Source of the DNA: Folioceros fuciformis
Taxonomy: Eukaryota
Length of the DNA: 59,658 nt
Direction of reading: 5' to 3'
NCBI GenBank assembly: GCA_049999805.1
Contig: JBNGIO010006314.1
Span: forward strand, 657,261-716,918
Below, in pieces: positions 1-13,008 of the stretch. Positions within the stretch are counted from its first letter, which is position 1. Every line of letters starts with the position of its first letter. The position numbers and the translations under genes were made by a program. The notes beneath the pieces are model-generated. The model was not told the DNA's origin. It did no database searches and saw only the letters and a list, made by a program, of their open reading frames with translations.

Positions 1-372
1 GAGTTAAGACTGATTCACTCTGGTATTGCGAGGTTCATATGCGGGGGTAGGCAACCTCGAAATAGGGCGGATACGCTGTTGTCGACATCCTAAGTTTGAA
101 ACCCCTAATGTCAGGATTAGATTTGCATTGAAACGTGATCGTTAAGTACAATGGTGAAACGCTGCGAGCGTACGCGTACCCGTCCGCTTAAGTTCGACTT
201 TTGGTTTTGGTATCTATTCTGTAGACCGAAACCTGCCCTAACCTGGGCAGTAGATATGCATTAATAACACTCGCAACTTCACTTCTTAGAGAGGACCTGG
301 TGCTCTGCACACACAAGTTCAGAACAAAGAAATACATATGTAGAGGGCTCGGTCGGCGGGCTTGTTGAAACG

Positions 373-2152
373 TCAAACTACCTTGTAGGTGCACACCTCT
401 CCTGCACAATGCTCCTTTTGCCGGCGTAATAACTTGGAGGTGTGGTTCCTGGCCTTGACAGATAACTTCAGGATTGAGTCATCGTACTCCAGCGCCTCCA
501 TGCCAGAGTTGAATCGAGCAGACAAATTTTTCGTTTCATCTCGATTCACCCACTGTTGACAAAGCTCAGACGTATTTCTGTTGATGCTGTTGTGGTAGTG
601 GAAATAGGAGGCCTCGGAACTGTTGACGACAGATTTTTTGTGGCGTGCTCCAGGCATTGCAAAATGGACAGAGGCTGCTGATATTTTCCTTGGATTTGCA
701 GCCCATTTATGCTTGCTGTAGGTTGAACCTCCTTTAACCGCGAATAGCAAGGTTTCTATAGTCCATTTGTCCTCCCTGCTGTCAAATCAAAGCATTTAAA
801 CAGTAGTAGAGCAACTGGCAAGGGCAACACGAAAGAGAGGAAAAGGTGGAAAAGGTTCAGGTTTTGTACCTCTGCAAAGTGTCCAGTAGAGGACATAGAC
901 TACTTGAGAAGAGGCGCTGCTCGAATTGGACTTCTCCCACGTTCCTATATTTCTCCAAAACTTGGTTGATGTCGGTGAATGGAGGCTTCACAACAATGTA
1001 CTCATCAACGTCAAAGAACCAAACCCATTCCGCCATGTATCTCGATTTCACAAGGCAATCGTTGAGAATCAGGTACTGGTTGTGGTAATAGCCATCGAAC
1101 TGATTCAAGTCCCTCACATCCTCAATCGTAAGAATCCCCAAGTCGACCCACGGACTCAAAACCTGTTCACCATTACAACAACTCAAACTTTTCACACCGT
1201 GTGCTTGAAACATGATTCCTTGCCTTGAACTGCCAAGGATTCTTCGATAGACTATGAGACCAAAGATACAGGTGTGAAAGAACAATCTCAAGCTCAAAGC
1301 ACTTACTCGTCTCACATCTTTCGACAATCCGCCGGCATCATGCAAAATGAAGTGCGATCGATTACCAAACCCGTACAAGTGGAATGAGAGCCACTCATGC
1401 AGCGCAGGCCCATGCAGATTGCCATAGAGGGGAGACCCGCAATACAAGTGCTTATAGGCATAAGGCGGCTCAAAATTGATAGCATTGTAGTCCCCTGGCT
1501 TCTCCGTGGCAGCCAACACTTTCAGAAGTCTGAATCTGTCAGAGGCAGCCTCCGGTTGAGCTAGCAGCCATCCAGATTCATCAACCTGGCCCATGTCGAT
1601 GGCCTTGGCGTGCAGAACAAGATTCCCCCCGAGTCCATCGCTCCCAACAGGAGTCGGGAATTCGCACTTGATCACAATCGGAGTGTATGTCTGCTTGTAC
1701 CCCAGCCCAGGTTTCTCAACCGTGACAACAGCCCTGGTGCCATTACCTCTTTCGCCTCCTCCAGCTGAAATCCACTGGCAGCTGTACGATCCGTCATCGT
1801 GTTTTGCAACAGGTCCTGACACTAAGATCAAAATTTCCCAAACAGCCGGACCGCTTCGAGAAGCCCCGGTGACCACCACAGAGTAAGCTGCCACTCCTGC
1901 TGTCTCAAATTTTCCACTTCTAGACGATGCTCCTGAAGTCACAGTCTGGTCGATTTTGTGGCAGGGACTTGGTGATAAAGAAGTGGACGTTAGAATGAAC
2001 GGGGATCCGGACCAGTCCAGATGATGGGGACTCAGCAGCTCCGCCACAAGGAAGTAGGTTGTAGTCAAGGCCACCACAACTGTGAAGAGCGGGTGGCCGA
2101 CAGGGCAAGCAGACTGTTTGCTCATTGTCAGTGTGGCAGGTTGCATCCACAT
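373..2152 (-). CDS. Glycosyltransferase family 92 (DUF23), GALS beta-1,4-galactan synthase-like; 3 exons (1307-2152, 870-1162, 373-775)
   Basis: N-terminal TM anchor; motifs YLYCGSPLYG-like (HLYCGSPLYG), HFILHDAGG, FDGYYHNQYLILNDCL, WFFDVDEY, YFHYHNSI typical of plant GALS. GT-AG introns 1163-1306 and 776-869 join the frames. Start could be 2152, 2146 or 2125. Confidence 0.88.
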
Positions 2153-3299
2153 CTTCTAATCGACGAGCACGACTGCTGCCGGGTTCTTAACTCGGCTCGC
2201 TGACCATCTCCTGGAGCTAACACCCTCCTCCAAGGCCGGCAGGATTGTGGGATACCCGTCCAATTATTCGGACTCATCAGTTTCGTCCGGGATTCGTAGG
2301 CATGGATCTGGCCGCTCTCAGAGCTGTGCAAGCGCTTGACCAACGAACCGTCTTTGTGCCTCAGTCAGGAGCATTGATTCTCTCACAAATGAAGGCTCGC
2401 AACGCTAGCTCAGGGCTACATACATGCATGTACTCGCATCGTCATGCTGATCAAAGTCGAGCCATGTCCTCTGAAAGGACGCGAGTCGAGACGATATCTT
2501 GTGATTGTCGAAGCCAGACTGTTTACCTTCGTGGGAAAGTGCGTCCCCAAAGCTACGAGCAATTCCCTCGTGAAGAGAGCTAAGCCAAGAGGATTGACTT
2601 GGAAATCATATCGAAAGTGCAGATTCATGAGTCTGTCTTGCCTCATGCCTCTCGTGTCCTATTTCTTTTGTGAAATGAGAAAAACATTGTGCCTATAGTC
2701 GTGCCGCTTACGCAAAGGAGAACTATTCGGGCTTTGCGCCTGGTTATCCGAAGCCTAAAACTGGGCCTCGAAACTGCCTTGACCTCATAATTAACGAGTA
2801 CATCAACATATTCAAACTGTTCCAGACCTCTGTAAAGATGTTCCAAGCAGTCATCTGGCATCTGCAAGATGCCGGCTGTGGTTGGAATTCATTAGTCCGT
2901 CCTGCGTCTACAGAATGCTTCTCTACAATGTTGAAATCAGAGTTGATGCATCGTTTTGTAATCAAGTGCCGACTGTCCCCACGCACAAGTAGTGCCGTCA
3001 AGATTTAGTCCAGAGTGATTTGGACGCTTGGTGCATCTGCTAGGGTGTTCCACGGAGGAAGAAAATCGCTCTTTCTGCCATCGAGTTTGTCCTTACCGGC
3101 GCTCGCAAGGAATCTCTCCAAAGACAGGACAAAGGTTCTCTGAGGTCTGTGGTAGGCAAGGCCCTCTCACGGCGTTTCAGACTTCGCATGCGTAGAGACG
3201 CGTGGGGACTTTGGGGGGATATGCAGTCATATCAAGCGTGGTAAGCATTCTTTTTGGCTGGGGACAGGATCCTACTGGAAGAAGGCGTTCGAGCCGATT

Positions 3300-3800
3300 G
3301 AAGCCATACTGGTTGCAGCTGCTTCCAGACACAAGCTCAGGCACTTTATAGGTTACTCATAGGGATCTGGAGGCTTGCAAGCACCTGACAGCCAAGCCGT
3401 CCACACTGTCTACTGGTGCCCTCCCACTGGCTGAACTAAAAAAATCCATCATCTCAGAAAATCAACAGCCTAGATTTTGCGCAAAGAGAGTTCCAGTAGC
3501 ACAAAAACGCAGCTGTAGACATGGGTCCTGCGAGTCAGCTGGAAGCTCTCAGAATATTCCTGCTCGATGTAGCCTAGGTTGCTTGAGCTTCTAACAGTCC
3601 AGACATAAGTGGCTGCCTTGCGAGGAGGCAGCTTGGCAAAACCGAATCCTGGCACCGTACTATTTTGGTCATCGTCGAGGAGAAGATTCAGCGGGTTGAC
3701 ATATCGGTGGACGATTGGCAGGGTTGGCAGCAACATGAGGATATCTCAAAGGCATCCAAGTCTGAGAGAAAACGTTGTTCCTTACTGACAGGAGACAACG
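3300..3800 (-). pseudogene. Receptor-like kinase domain pseudogene fragment (subdomains VIb-IX)
   Basis: PIVHRYVNPLNLLLD...GFGFAKL...GYIEQEY...QLTRRTHVYS...LLEL matches the HRD/DFG/GY.PEY/DVYS layout, but catalytic residues are mutated and stops flank it. Boundaries are approximate. Confidence 0.75.
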
Positions 3801-4795
3801 TTTCTTCCGCCCTAGGCTTGGAGATGTTTCTTGACTGTGGCGTTAGGGCAAACTCGAAGAATATTGAGGAGAAGAGCTAAACTTTGTTTGGGCAACAACG
3901 GACCACAGTCAGGAAGTTCAGAACACAGTACTGTACCGTCTGTGAGTGGTAGCGCCTAAAGATACAGTCAAGCACGCGAAAAGAGTTTGAATCGGGAGTC
4001 GTGAAAGGCAGACAGACGTAGTAAAACGGCGGGAACTGGGCCGGCTAGGTAAGGCACGTACCACCGTGCCACTGCGATAATGAGAGCACACGGAATGACC
4101 AAGGTTCATCAGTTTCTGCGGGACGACAAGCCAGGTGCAGTGTCCTCCGAAGACTTCCACATAGAAAACGGTCAAGCCATTGAGGCTCACGGTACAGCAT
4201 CCAGATCCTTGCCAACGCGTACAGCATCAGGATTGAGGAGAGCGGACGAGACAAGGGTTAATGCTAGGTTGTACCACTAGAACAGTACAGCAACAGTAAA
4301 GCTCGTAAAGCTATGAAATCACTGACCACATACAGTATCCGGACAGTCAGCAGGTGCACATTGTCGGCAACAGAATGTGAAGCGATTTCGAGGGACTGCT
4401 GAGAGAATGTGGCCAAATATCAGATGTGCTACGGTGCAGAACCCAACACAAGAGGTCCTACCCCAAGAAATCAATACCAGCCAGTCTGGATACTATGACT
4501 GTGCACCGTTCCCTGACCGCACCCCAACGGCACAATGGCCGTGCCAAGGTATGGTTGCTGTAATTTCTGGAATCCGTGTGGGAGGATGTTTGGGGAATTG
4601 GGAACACGACCTCTTTCGCAGACCTCTTGGATGCGCGATGACAGAACCTGGGTTTGTGTAGTGAATTGGTCAAGCGTTGCATTGTAATCGTTCTTAGCCG
4701 AATAGCGCAACTAATACATTGGCTCCTACCAAAATTCCACTTCACTTGCTTCTTGTTCTTTTTAGGGGGTGAGAACAAAGGGTGCCACTCTTTTC

Positions 4796-5727
4796 ATCCT
4801 GTTGTCCCCACGTTGCTTTGCAAGGAGAAGAGAGGTGCCCGCTCGCCATCTATGAGCTGCACGTCTTGTGCAATGACCTGTTTCAAAGATAACAGAGTTT
4901 GTTCTAAGAGAACCGACGCATGGGATTGCAGCTTAGGATACTGTTTGATGAGGTCAGATATCTCGTCCATAATGAGATGACCTCCTGTTTGCGAATAAGC
5001 TTATGATTGTGGAGCACAAATTATCTGTGACTGTGAATTATGTAAGTTTGAAAGTCTATAAGTACACCATAACCTGTAGAAGAACACACATTGTGAGACA
5101 CAAGGCATCAGCTGAAGTATCTCACCAAGATTGAGTGAGTCATACCTCGTGAGTTTGCAGGCCGTATCGTGCTTGGGAAATAGAGGTCCCCAAACAACAA
5201 ATGCGTTCTTCTTATTGGTCACCACAGAATAGCTTGTGGGAGCGTCAGACAGCTCTCCCATCGCCGTCATGAAATCTGGCACACGCATCCACGGGATGAA
5301 AGCTGTTTGCATTTCCTTCTCCACACTTGGTGCAGAGCTGTGTCCGCATTTTGGCGCAGAGCTGTGTCCGCATTTCCTTCTCCATACATTTCCAATTGAG
5401 AGCAGTGACATCAAACAAACCAAGCGGCACACTCTGCACCACGAACGGGCAATCTGCGGGCATTTCGGCATACATCAGACCGCACTTTCAGCAGTTGCCT
5501 TCAGTTTTTGGCATAAACTTGTTCAAGCTGTCGAGAACCAGGTTTAAGGTTGATTCAAGTGCCTCACCGAAACGATCCCTAGCCGGGGGAGAAGTATCGG
5601 AAAAGGAGAGATGGAGAGGGGGAAGGGCATGGCTCACCATGTCATGGAGGTGGCGGGCCCCTGGGCTGGCCAGGCTATCTTTAGCTTCAGGACCGGCATC
5701 ATATCTCCCCCTTTTCGGATATCTCAC
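4796..5727 (-). pseudogene. Disrupted gene of unknown family
   Basis: ORF pieces 5488-5727, 5245-5475 and 5001-5471 join into one frame if a stop is bypassed and a 61-bp templated insertion (5309-5369) is removed. A further protein-like segment lies at about 4796-4985. Confidence 0.35.
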
Positions 5728-6532
5728 AACCTACTACTAATTAAAGACACGCTCCTGTAAATATCGTGTAATTTTTATTCATTCATTTTGCAACTGGTAG
5801 TTTTTCCAGCAATTATGACGACTAGGTTTCCGGACCGAGGGTTCCCACTTCTAGGGCACCGCGATGAGGACGAGAAGATCGGAGGATGTCGATCGCACCC
5901 GTTTTGTGCGTGTGGGAGGCCAATGGGGGACGAGGAGCGGAACGAGCGTCCAAATAATGCCCGCAGGATGAATGGGTGAAAAAAATCTTGTCGACTCACA
6001 TCCGGTGCGCCTCACATCAAGGCTTTGATGCAAGAGGGATCATCCCCCGAGTCCAGGTTCGCGAGTCCCCATATCCGCACCGCTGGGAGTGCAGTGCACG
6101 CGGAGGTCGATTCGCAGGTGCTCCGCTTGTGATCATCCATCCGTTTCCCTGATCCAGACCCCGATTACGAGCTTCAGCATCAATTTCTACGCAAATCCGC
6201 AGATGGAGCCATGCAGGCCTCCAATAGTCCAGGGCATGGGTGAAGAGCAGACGTGTAAAGCTCGTGGGATGGGCTGGTGGCTAAGGAAACTATGTCTCAT
6301 GAGTGAAGGAATGCTTTCAGGCGTTGTCTATCTCCTGTGCCCTTCGCAGTGAGCAAGCGTTTGGACGGGCCAACGGCGGACCTGTACAGTGTGGTGTTTG
6401 GGAGTGATGCCACATGTTGGCAAGGACTTCATGAGCTAAAGCCTGTAACTGCTGCAGCTGCTGGATCCATCGATCACACAGCTGGGAGTGCTTGCTCGAT
6501 CCCGAGGACCCGGGGTCTGGGTATACTCTGGA

Positions 6533-9127
6533 ATGAGGAAGAATCTGACAGCAAGCGCTTCTAAGGCGGGGAGGGTGACACTGCTGAAAGGCGTCCTGCT
6601 GGGGCTGGCCATCGGTGCCTACTGCTGGTTCATGCAAGATGTCGTTCTCACCACGCTGCTTCAGATGCCCTCCAAGCTACTCAATTTCAATGCCACAGGA
6701 GCTTCGAGGGCAGGCCTCGATGAGATCGGTACCCATTCTGCCTTCGCAGGCTGCGTTTGAAGCTGTCCGAGCGTCTGGATTGAATTCGGATTCGGTTAAT
6801 TGTGTTCGCAGGATTGAGTAACTCGCACTGGTTGTCGGATGACGGGCCCCCTTTGCCCTCGGAGGAGCAAGAGGTTCAGTGGATTCTCGCGCTATGGGAG
6901 GCGTCGGCTTCGCTGAATTTCTCCAGGGCTTCGAATGACACTCTGGTCCAGGAGGCTGAGAAGAACCTGGGCCACTTGGGCCTGAAGCCTCCTCATCTGG
7001 ACGACTGCGCAGCCCGAACTGAGGAGTACAAGAGACTGGATTCTCGGAACCCCGATGGCAGCCGGCCCCAGTGGACCTTGTGGAAAGGCCGGACGGCGTT
7101 TATTCCTCACAAGAACCATGTACAGGTGGACGATACAGAAGAACCACTAGGGAACGCATCAGGTCTGGCATCGGGCCCGCTTCCTCCTTGGGTGAGTCTA
7201 TCCCCCTTCGATTCTTATCGATGTCGGATTCTGGGTTGACATCCAGAAGCCAATGTTCCTCTTGGATCGTCGTTTGCACGGATCCGACTCGGGTATGACG
7301 GGACGTGCCCCTGCATCCTTGATCGCAGGTTGAAGGGGGCGAGGAGGATAACTTTCCTATGACGAGAAGGGTGCAGCGAGATCTGTGGCTGCTCCAGCAC
7401 CCTCGCAACTGCAGTCACGACAGCGTTCGATTTCTGCTCGCCAATTGGCCATCTTCCGACAAGTTCGGGTTGGGCGCACAACTGGTGTATGTGGGAGGGC
7501 TTCTCTCCATTGCCATGCAACAAAAGAGAGTTCTGGTCCTGGAAAACATGGATCGCGCGGGACACGAAGGGTGCCGAGGTCTCACTCTCATGAGCAGCAA
7601 ACCAGTGAATTGCACAGTGCAGGCAGGCTTCATTGATATTACCTGTCTTGTCTTAAAAGCGTTGAGCCCCTGAACGGAGTCCTTGTTGCAGGCTCGGACT
7701 TCAAGAGGTGGTCCTGCTATTTTCTACCTGAGACGACAGCCGAGTGTCGGGAGGCGGTTACCGAGTTGAAGAAGAACGAAACGGGGGCGCTGGCTGAGGG
7801 GAAAATTCTGATGGGCGCAGATGCAAAGCCCAATCCGTGGTTTGTGCCGCCGCCCAGGTACTTTCACAATTCACGCTCTTTCCAGTATCATGGTCAGACT
7901 TGGACAGCTTCAAGGCTTGCTGTTGCTCAAGCTGAGCATCCGCTTTTGGTCCGCCTGGAAGCGGAAAATGTGATTGCAGCTTGGAAGCCTGATCCGCAGC
8001 TCCTGACCGTACACTCTCACTCTCATCTATTCTGGATTTTAGCTTTTGGGGCGAACCTTGGGAGGATCTGCAACCCACATCGGAGGTCGGAGGAGAGCTG
8101 GTGGTTAATTACAAGAAGAAGCATATAAGGTGGTGGCGGTCGCAGGTTTGTGTACCAAGTTCCCTTCAGAGATTGGAAGTCTTTGATATCATTTTGCGAA
8201 CATCCCACATGCGTGAAGCACTAGAAAGGCCTATCAAAGTCCTCAAACCAGAGTGTCGCGGATTTCCTTTCGAAAAATGCAGTCTGTGCGATACTTCATG
8301 AGGTTTCCCGGCGAGTACACATGCACAATGCTCAACCAAGCTCGGCACGACGCATTCGGAGTGAGAGCAGCCACCAAGGTGCTTCGCGCTGCGCGTCAGA
8401 CCAAGCTGTCGGTGAGTTGTGATGACATTCAGCCAAACGCTGGCCGGTCGGTGGCCCTGCTGAGTCGATACCCTAAACCCTAAACCAAATAATGGGACAC
8501 TATTGTGTGTGTGTGAGATGCGCAGATCAGGAACCAAACCACAGCCAGTGAAGCAGACATGGAGAAATGGGTGTGGCCGAGTCAAAAGCCCTGGATTCCA
8601 AGGCCAATGCTGAGCGTCCATGTGCGGCTCGGAGACAAAGCGACGGAGATGAAAATGGTGGACTTCTACACTTACATGGACCTGGCCACCAGGCTGAGAA
8701 CCCGATTTCCTCATTTGCAAAACATCTGGCTATCGTCAGAAATGCAGGTACCATCCCATCCGCAATTGGTTGTAAACCATCCTTGCACACCCCAAATGGC
8801 GAACCGAATAGTGGCACACTGGTTCCCCCCTGCTCGCTTGTTGCGCAGGATGTGATCGACTCGTCCAAGCTGTACCAAGGGTGGAATTTCTACTACACCA
8901 AGATCCCTCGCCAGACAGGCAACACGAGCATGAGCAGCTACGAGCGGAGCCTGGGAGGCGAGCGCTCCGCCCGAAACAGCATTGTCAACTTCCTCCTGGC
9001 CTCCGATGCCGACTACTTCGTTGGCGCCCTGGGATCGACCTGGTGTTTCCTCATCGACGGCATGCGTAGCACATCCGGCAAGCTCATGTCCGGCTACCTC
9101 AGTGTGAACAAGGACCGCTTCTGGTGA
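6533..9127 (+). CDS. Putative alpha-1,6-fucosyltransferase-like (FUT8/GT23-like) protein, copy 1; 8 exons (6533-6728, 6812-7191, 7329-7578, 7692-7857, 8043-8145, 8283-8411, 8526-8747, 8849-9127)
   Basis: Type II TM anchor; SVHVRLGDK GDP-fucose motif; C-terminus ADYFVGALGSTWCFLIDGMRSTSGKLMSGYLSVNKDRFW as in the plant At5g28910-type family. All splice sites are GT-AG and in frame. Confidence 0.85.
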
Positions 9128-9821
9128 CGATGAGCGCCTCCTGCTCCTTCTCCGTCTCCGTCTGCTTCTCTCTCTACCGGTTCGTACGGGGCACCGTACG
9201 TAGCTCTCACGTCTCATACACACTCCCAGCCGTATTTCGTGCCGTGGGAAGAGGCCAAGATGGGACGGCCATAAAATACTTGTTCACTACCTGCAACATT
9301 ACTTCACGCCCAAACCAGACGTTAGGTAAGTTGCCGGCGCCAAATCCGTCAGTTACAGAACTGTAAGCACGGAGCTTTGCGATGGCGGGGGAAGCACGAG
9401 CTGATGGGCCCGCCCGGATCCAGATCATCCGAAAATGTCTCGGCCGCACGTAGAGCGTCGTGGCCAACCGTGGCCACACGACACTACTCAAGACTCGGCT
9501 CCAGCCTACCAACTCCCGGTCCAGAGGCCCGGGCCCCAGCGCACAGCGCCAGGCTCCATGTCGCGGGACTGTAGTTTTTACCTGACGTCGACCCTGCTCA
9601 CATCCTGGTCGGGCCGATGAGCCCGGATAGAAGCTCGTGTAGTCGATGCGTTCTGGAGCCGGATTTCCATCCTGCGCCCGCGCAACCCGAATAAGGAGCG
9701 TCTCCTGCGAATGGGAGGGGAGCGCTGATTCTCTCTCGGACTGTGGTGCTCAGGCTCAGCTGCGGGAAGGAAAGGACAAGGTGGGATCCTGCTCATCAAT
9801 CTGTCTGGCTCAGGGGAGCAG

Positions 9822-12244
9822 ATGTCGGACAGCAGCGGCTTCCATGGCGCCAAAGAACGGCCTAGGAGAGCGCCTCTTCCGGCTCTCTGCAATGTGCTGG
9901 TGCTTGGGATCGTCATGGCAGGGCTCTATTACGCCTCGACTCCGCTCTGGCCGACAGCCAAGTTCAGGGATTTCTACGGTGTTGTGGGAAACGTGACGGA
10001 GTCCAGGCACGGTGAGATTCGGATTGAGATGAGCATGGAGGGGAATGGAGTGGTCTGCCGTACCGTCTCTCCCCTTTGCGGCTTACGAGAATGCGCTTTG
10101 ACTTTTTTTTTTTGCTTGTTGGCTGCAGGGCGAGGTGAGGATGGGCTTTGGTTTTCGGGGGATGCGCCCCCGCGTCCTGAAGAGGAGGGGCGTGTGAGGA
10201 GGATTCTGGCGCTGTGGGAGGCGTCGCCGTTGCTGGGCGGGGAACGGGATCCCAACGACCCCGTTGTGAGGGAGGCGAGGGAAGAGTTCGGGGGCCTCAG
10301 CCTGAAGCTGGGTCTGGGAGCTCCGCATTTGGAGGATTGCGAGGCCCGGGTTGCGGAGTACGTGAGACAGGATTCCCGGGGGGAGGATGGGAGCCGTCCG
10401 GTTTGGTCTTTGTGGAAGGGGCGGACAGGGAGTCTTCCGCACGACAGGCATATGGAGGTGGACGATTCCGAGGAGTTTCTGGGCAACAAATCCGGATTCG
10501 CTTCCGGCCCGTTTCCTCCTTGGGTGAGCCCAGTCATAGCTGCTGCTGAAGGTTGATCCGGGTCTCTGCAAATGGGCTGCTTTTGCTCAGTGCTTGGACT
10601 GCAGGTTGAAGGGGGGGATGAGGATAATCTGCCCATGACAAGGAGGGTGCAGCGGGACTTGTGGCTGCTTCAGCATCCGAGGAACTGCAGCCATGACAGC
10701 GTTCGCTTTCTGGTGGCTCAGTTTCCGCCTTCAGACAGGCTGGGGCTGGGAGCGCAGGTGGTAAACGTGGGAGGCCTGCTGGCGATTGCTATGCACGAGA
10801 AGCGTGTGCTGGTGCTGGAGGACCTGGACCGGGCTGCTCACGAAGGCTGCGCAGGTTTGTCGGTCACTTCCGCTCGGAATGTAGCTCTCTCTCTCTCTCT
10901 CTGTAGCACCTGCTGGGCTTGACTTGCATGCCTCTAGCAGGCAAGGATTCCTTTGGGAGATGGTCTTGCTACTTCTTGCCAGAGACCACCGAGGAGTGTC
11001 GGCGAATTGCTAACAAGTTGCAGAGAAGTCGAGCGGCTCATGCTCAAGGGAAGGTGCTGCGTGGGAGGCAGGCCGAGCGGCTGTACAACCCATGGTTTCC
11101 CCCAATGCCAGAGTACTTGCCCAGCCCAGCTTTGCAAACGTTGCTTCTACCTTCAAGTTCCGAGTCTCATGCATTGTAGGCCTGATGTGGTTTTTCATCC
11201 AGTTTGTGGGGACAGCCTTGGGAGGACTTGCAACCCACAACAGAGATCGATGGCCGCCTTCTCGTGGACTACAAGAACAAGTACGTCCGGTGGTGGCGAT
11301 CGCAGGTGCACAGTCCTAGGCCAGCCGTCCCTTACCGTCTTCACACTCTCGCACACGCTCGCGCTCATGGTTGCACTTGTTGCATGCTCTTGTGCTGCCA
11401 GTCTGTACGCTATTTGATGAGGTTTCCAAACACACACACCTGTATGATGCTCAACAAAGCTCGGCACGAGGCCTTCGGAGTCAGGGCTGCTACCAGGGTG
11501 CTCCGATCTCTCACTGCCGCTCAGGTCTGTACCCACAAGGTTTGGCTTGTAAGTTTTCTTGTCACCACAGCTTGGTGCCTCAACCTAACAAGGACGCACG
11601 TCGTCGAGCTCATTCCTGCCAGGCGAATAATTCCGCAACGGAAGAAGCAGACATGGACAAGTGGATCTGGAGGGATCACAAGCCTTGGGTACCCAGGCCG
11701 CTACTCAGCGTTCATGTCAGACTGGGAGACAAGGCCAGAGAAATGAAGATGGTCAACTTTGACACCTATATGAAACTTGCTAACAGATGGAGACTACGAT
11801 TTCCACACCTCGAAGACATCTGGCTTTCCTCAGAGATGCAGGTACTGTGAAAACAAACCTCTGACCTTGCAAATCGAAAAACCCAGCAGCACTTTCGTGT
11901 GAAGTTGGATGATAATGGGTCACTTGTCACACCGTTCTGAGGTGGTTGCCTCTGACGTCCAGGATGTGATAGAATCCTCGAAGCTGTATCCGGGATGGAA
12001 CTTCCACTACACCAAAATCCCACGACAGACGGGGAACACATCCATGACCAGCTACGAGCGGAGCCTGGGAGCGGACAGATCCATGACCAACTCCATTGTC
12101 AACTTCCTTATGGCCTCCGATGCCGATTACTTTGTAGGAGCGCTAGGCTCCACCTGGTGTTTTCTCATAGATGGAATGCGGAGCACATCAGGAAAGCTGA
12201 TGTCCGGCTACCTCAGCGTGAACATGGACAGGTACTGGGTTTGA
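9822..12244 (+). CDS. FUT8/GT23-like fucosyltransferase, copy 2; 8 exons (9822-10011, 10129-10523, 10605-10854, 10941-11112, 11203-11305, 11402-11524, 11623-11841, 11963-12244)
   Basis: Same motifs and intron positions as copy 1 (PPW|VEG, RSQ|SVRY, EMQ|DVI); SVHVRLGDK present. Confidence 0.85.
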
Positions 12245-13008
12245 GAGTACAGGGTTACCAAGTGAGCCCGTGCAAGGAAGCCAGCAGGATTCTAGGTATA
12301 TTCTCCTCATCCTCTCGTCTTCCTCACCTTCCCTTTTTGGTTGTGAGTTGTCCTGTATAGCACGAAAGACGTGAGTCTCTCTCACAGCTGCTCTACAGCA
12401 GGGTTTTGAGCTGTGGAATACTGTACCAGTATACGTACTTGTACCCTGTACAGGACTGGACTAGGCGAATTTCATGCGGCATGGCAGGAGCGGTGATTGG
12501 CTGGGTGGGCTGGGCGGATCAGGGGAGAGCAGGCAGGGCGGTGCCGTGGGCCTGACCCCGGCACTGATTACATTGCAGAAGCGTGAACGACCTGCAAAGA
12601 CGGCCGAATGATGAGCGCCCGCCGACAGTTGAGCCCGTTACGAGACTCGGTCTCAAAAAGTACAAGACAGAAGCGCGGCTGAGGTCCTGGACGCCAGCCA
12701 GGTCCAGCCCCTGCCTGAGAGCTGCAGCACGTGCGACCATGACCGCACCTCTGGAGCCTCCGCTGAAGAGAGAGCCGGAAGGACGACCCTGTGTGCTCGG
12801 CGTTGTCGGGATGATGAACCTTTATCGCAAGGTCATCCGTGTTGTTTGTGCTGCATTGCCGATCACAGCCTGATCTGACACCTCTTTTTCGCCTGATCTG
12901 GCCCCTCCGATTCCTCACCACTCCCCGGAAGCCTGAAGTCATGTGCGGAGGTTGCGGGTAGCAGTTGCGCACGCAGATGTCGGGGCAGTTGGCTCCGCTG
13001 ATGTCGGC

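Noticed and set aside
95-112. AAACCCCTAA as a telomerase RNA template
   Set aside because: It has four Cs rather than the plant CCCTAAA/CCCTAA, and the domain order does not fit land-plant telomerase RNA as I recall it.
1163-1306. 48-aa 'insertion' in the GT92 ORF (likewise 10012-10128 in fucosyltransferase copy 2)
   Set aside because: These are ordinary GT-AG introns that happen to be stop-free multiples of three.
2643-2867. F-box-like motif MPDDCLEHL
   Set aside because: Too short, with no supporting downstream domain.
8470-8486. Two CCCTAAA telomeric units
   Set aside because: Short intronic telo-box-like motif, not an interstitial telomere array.
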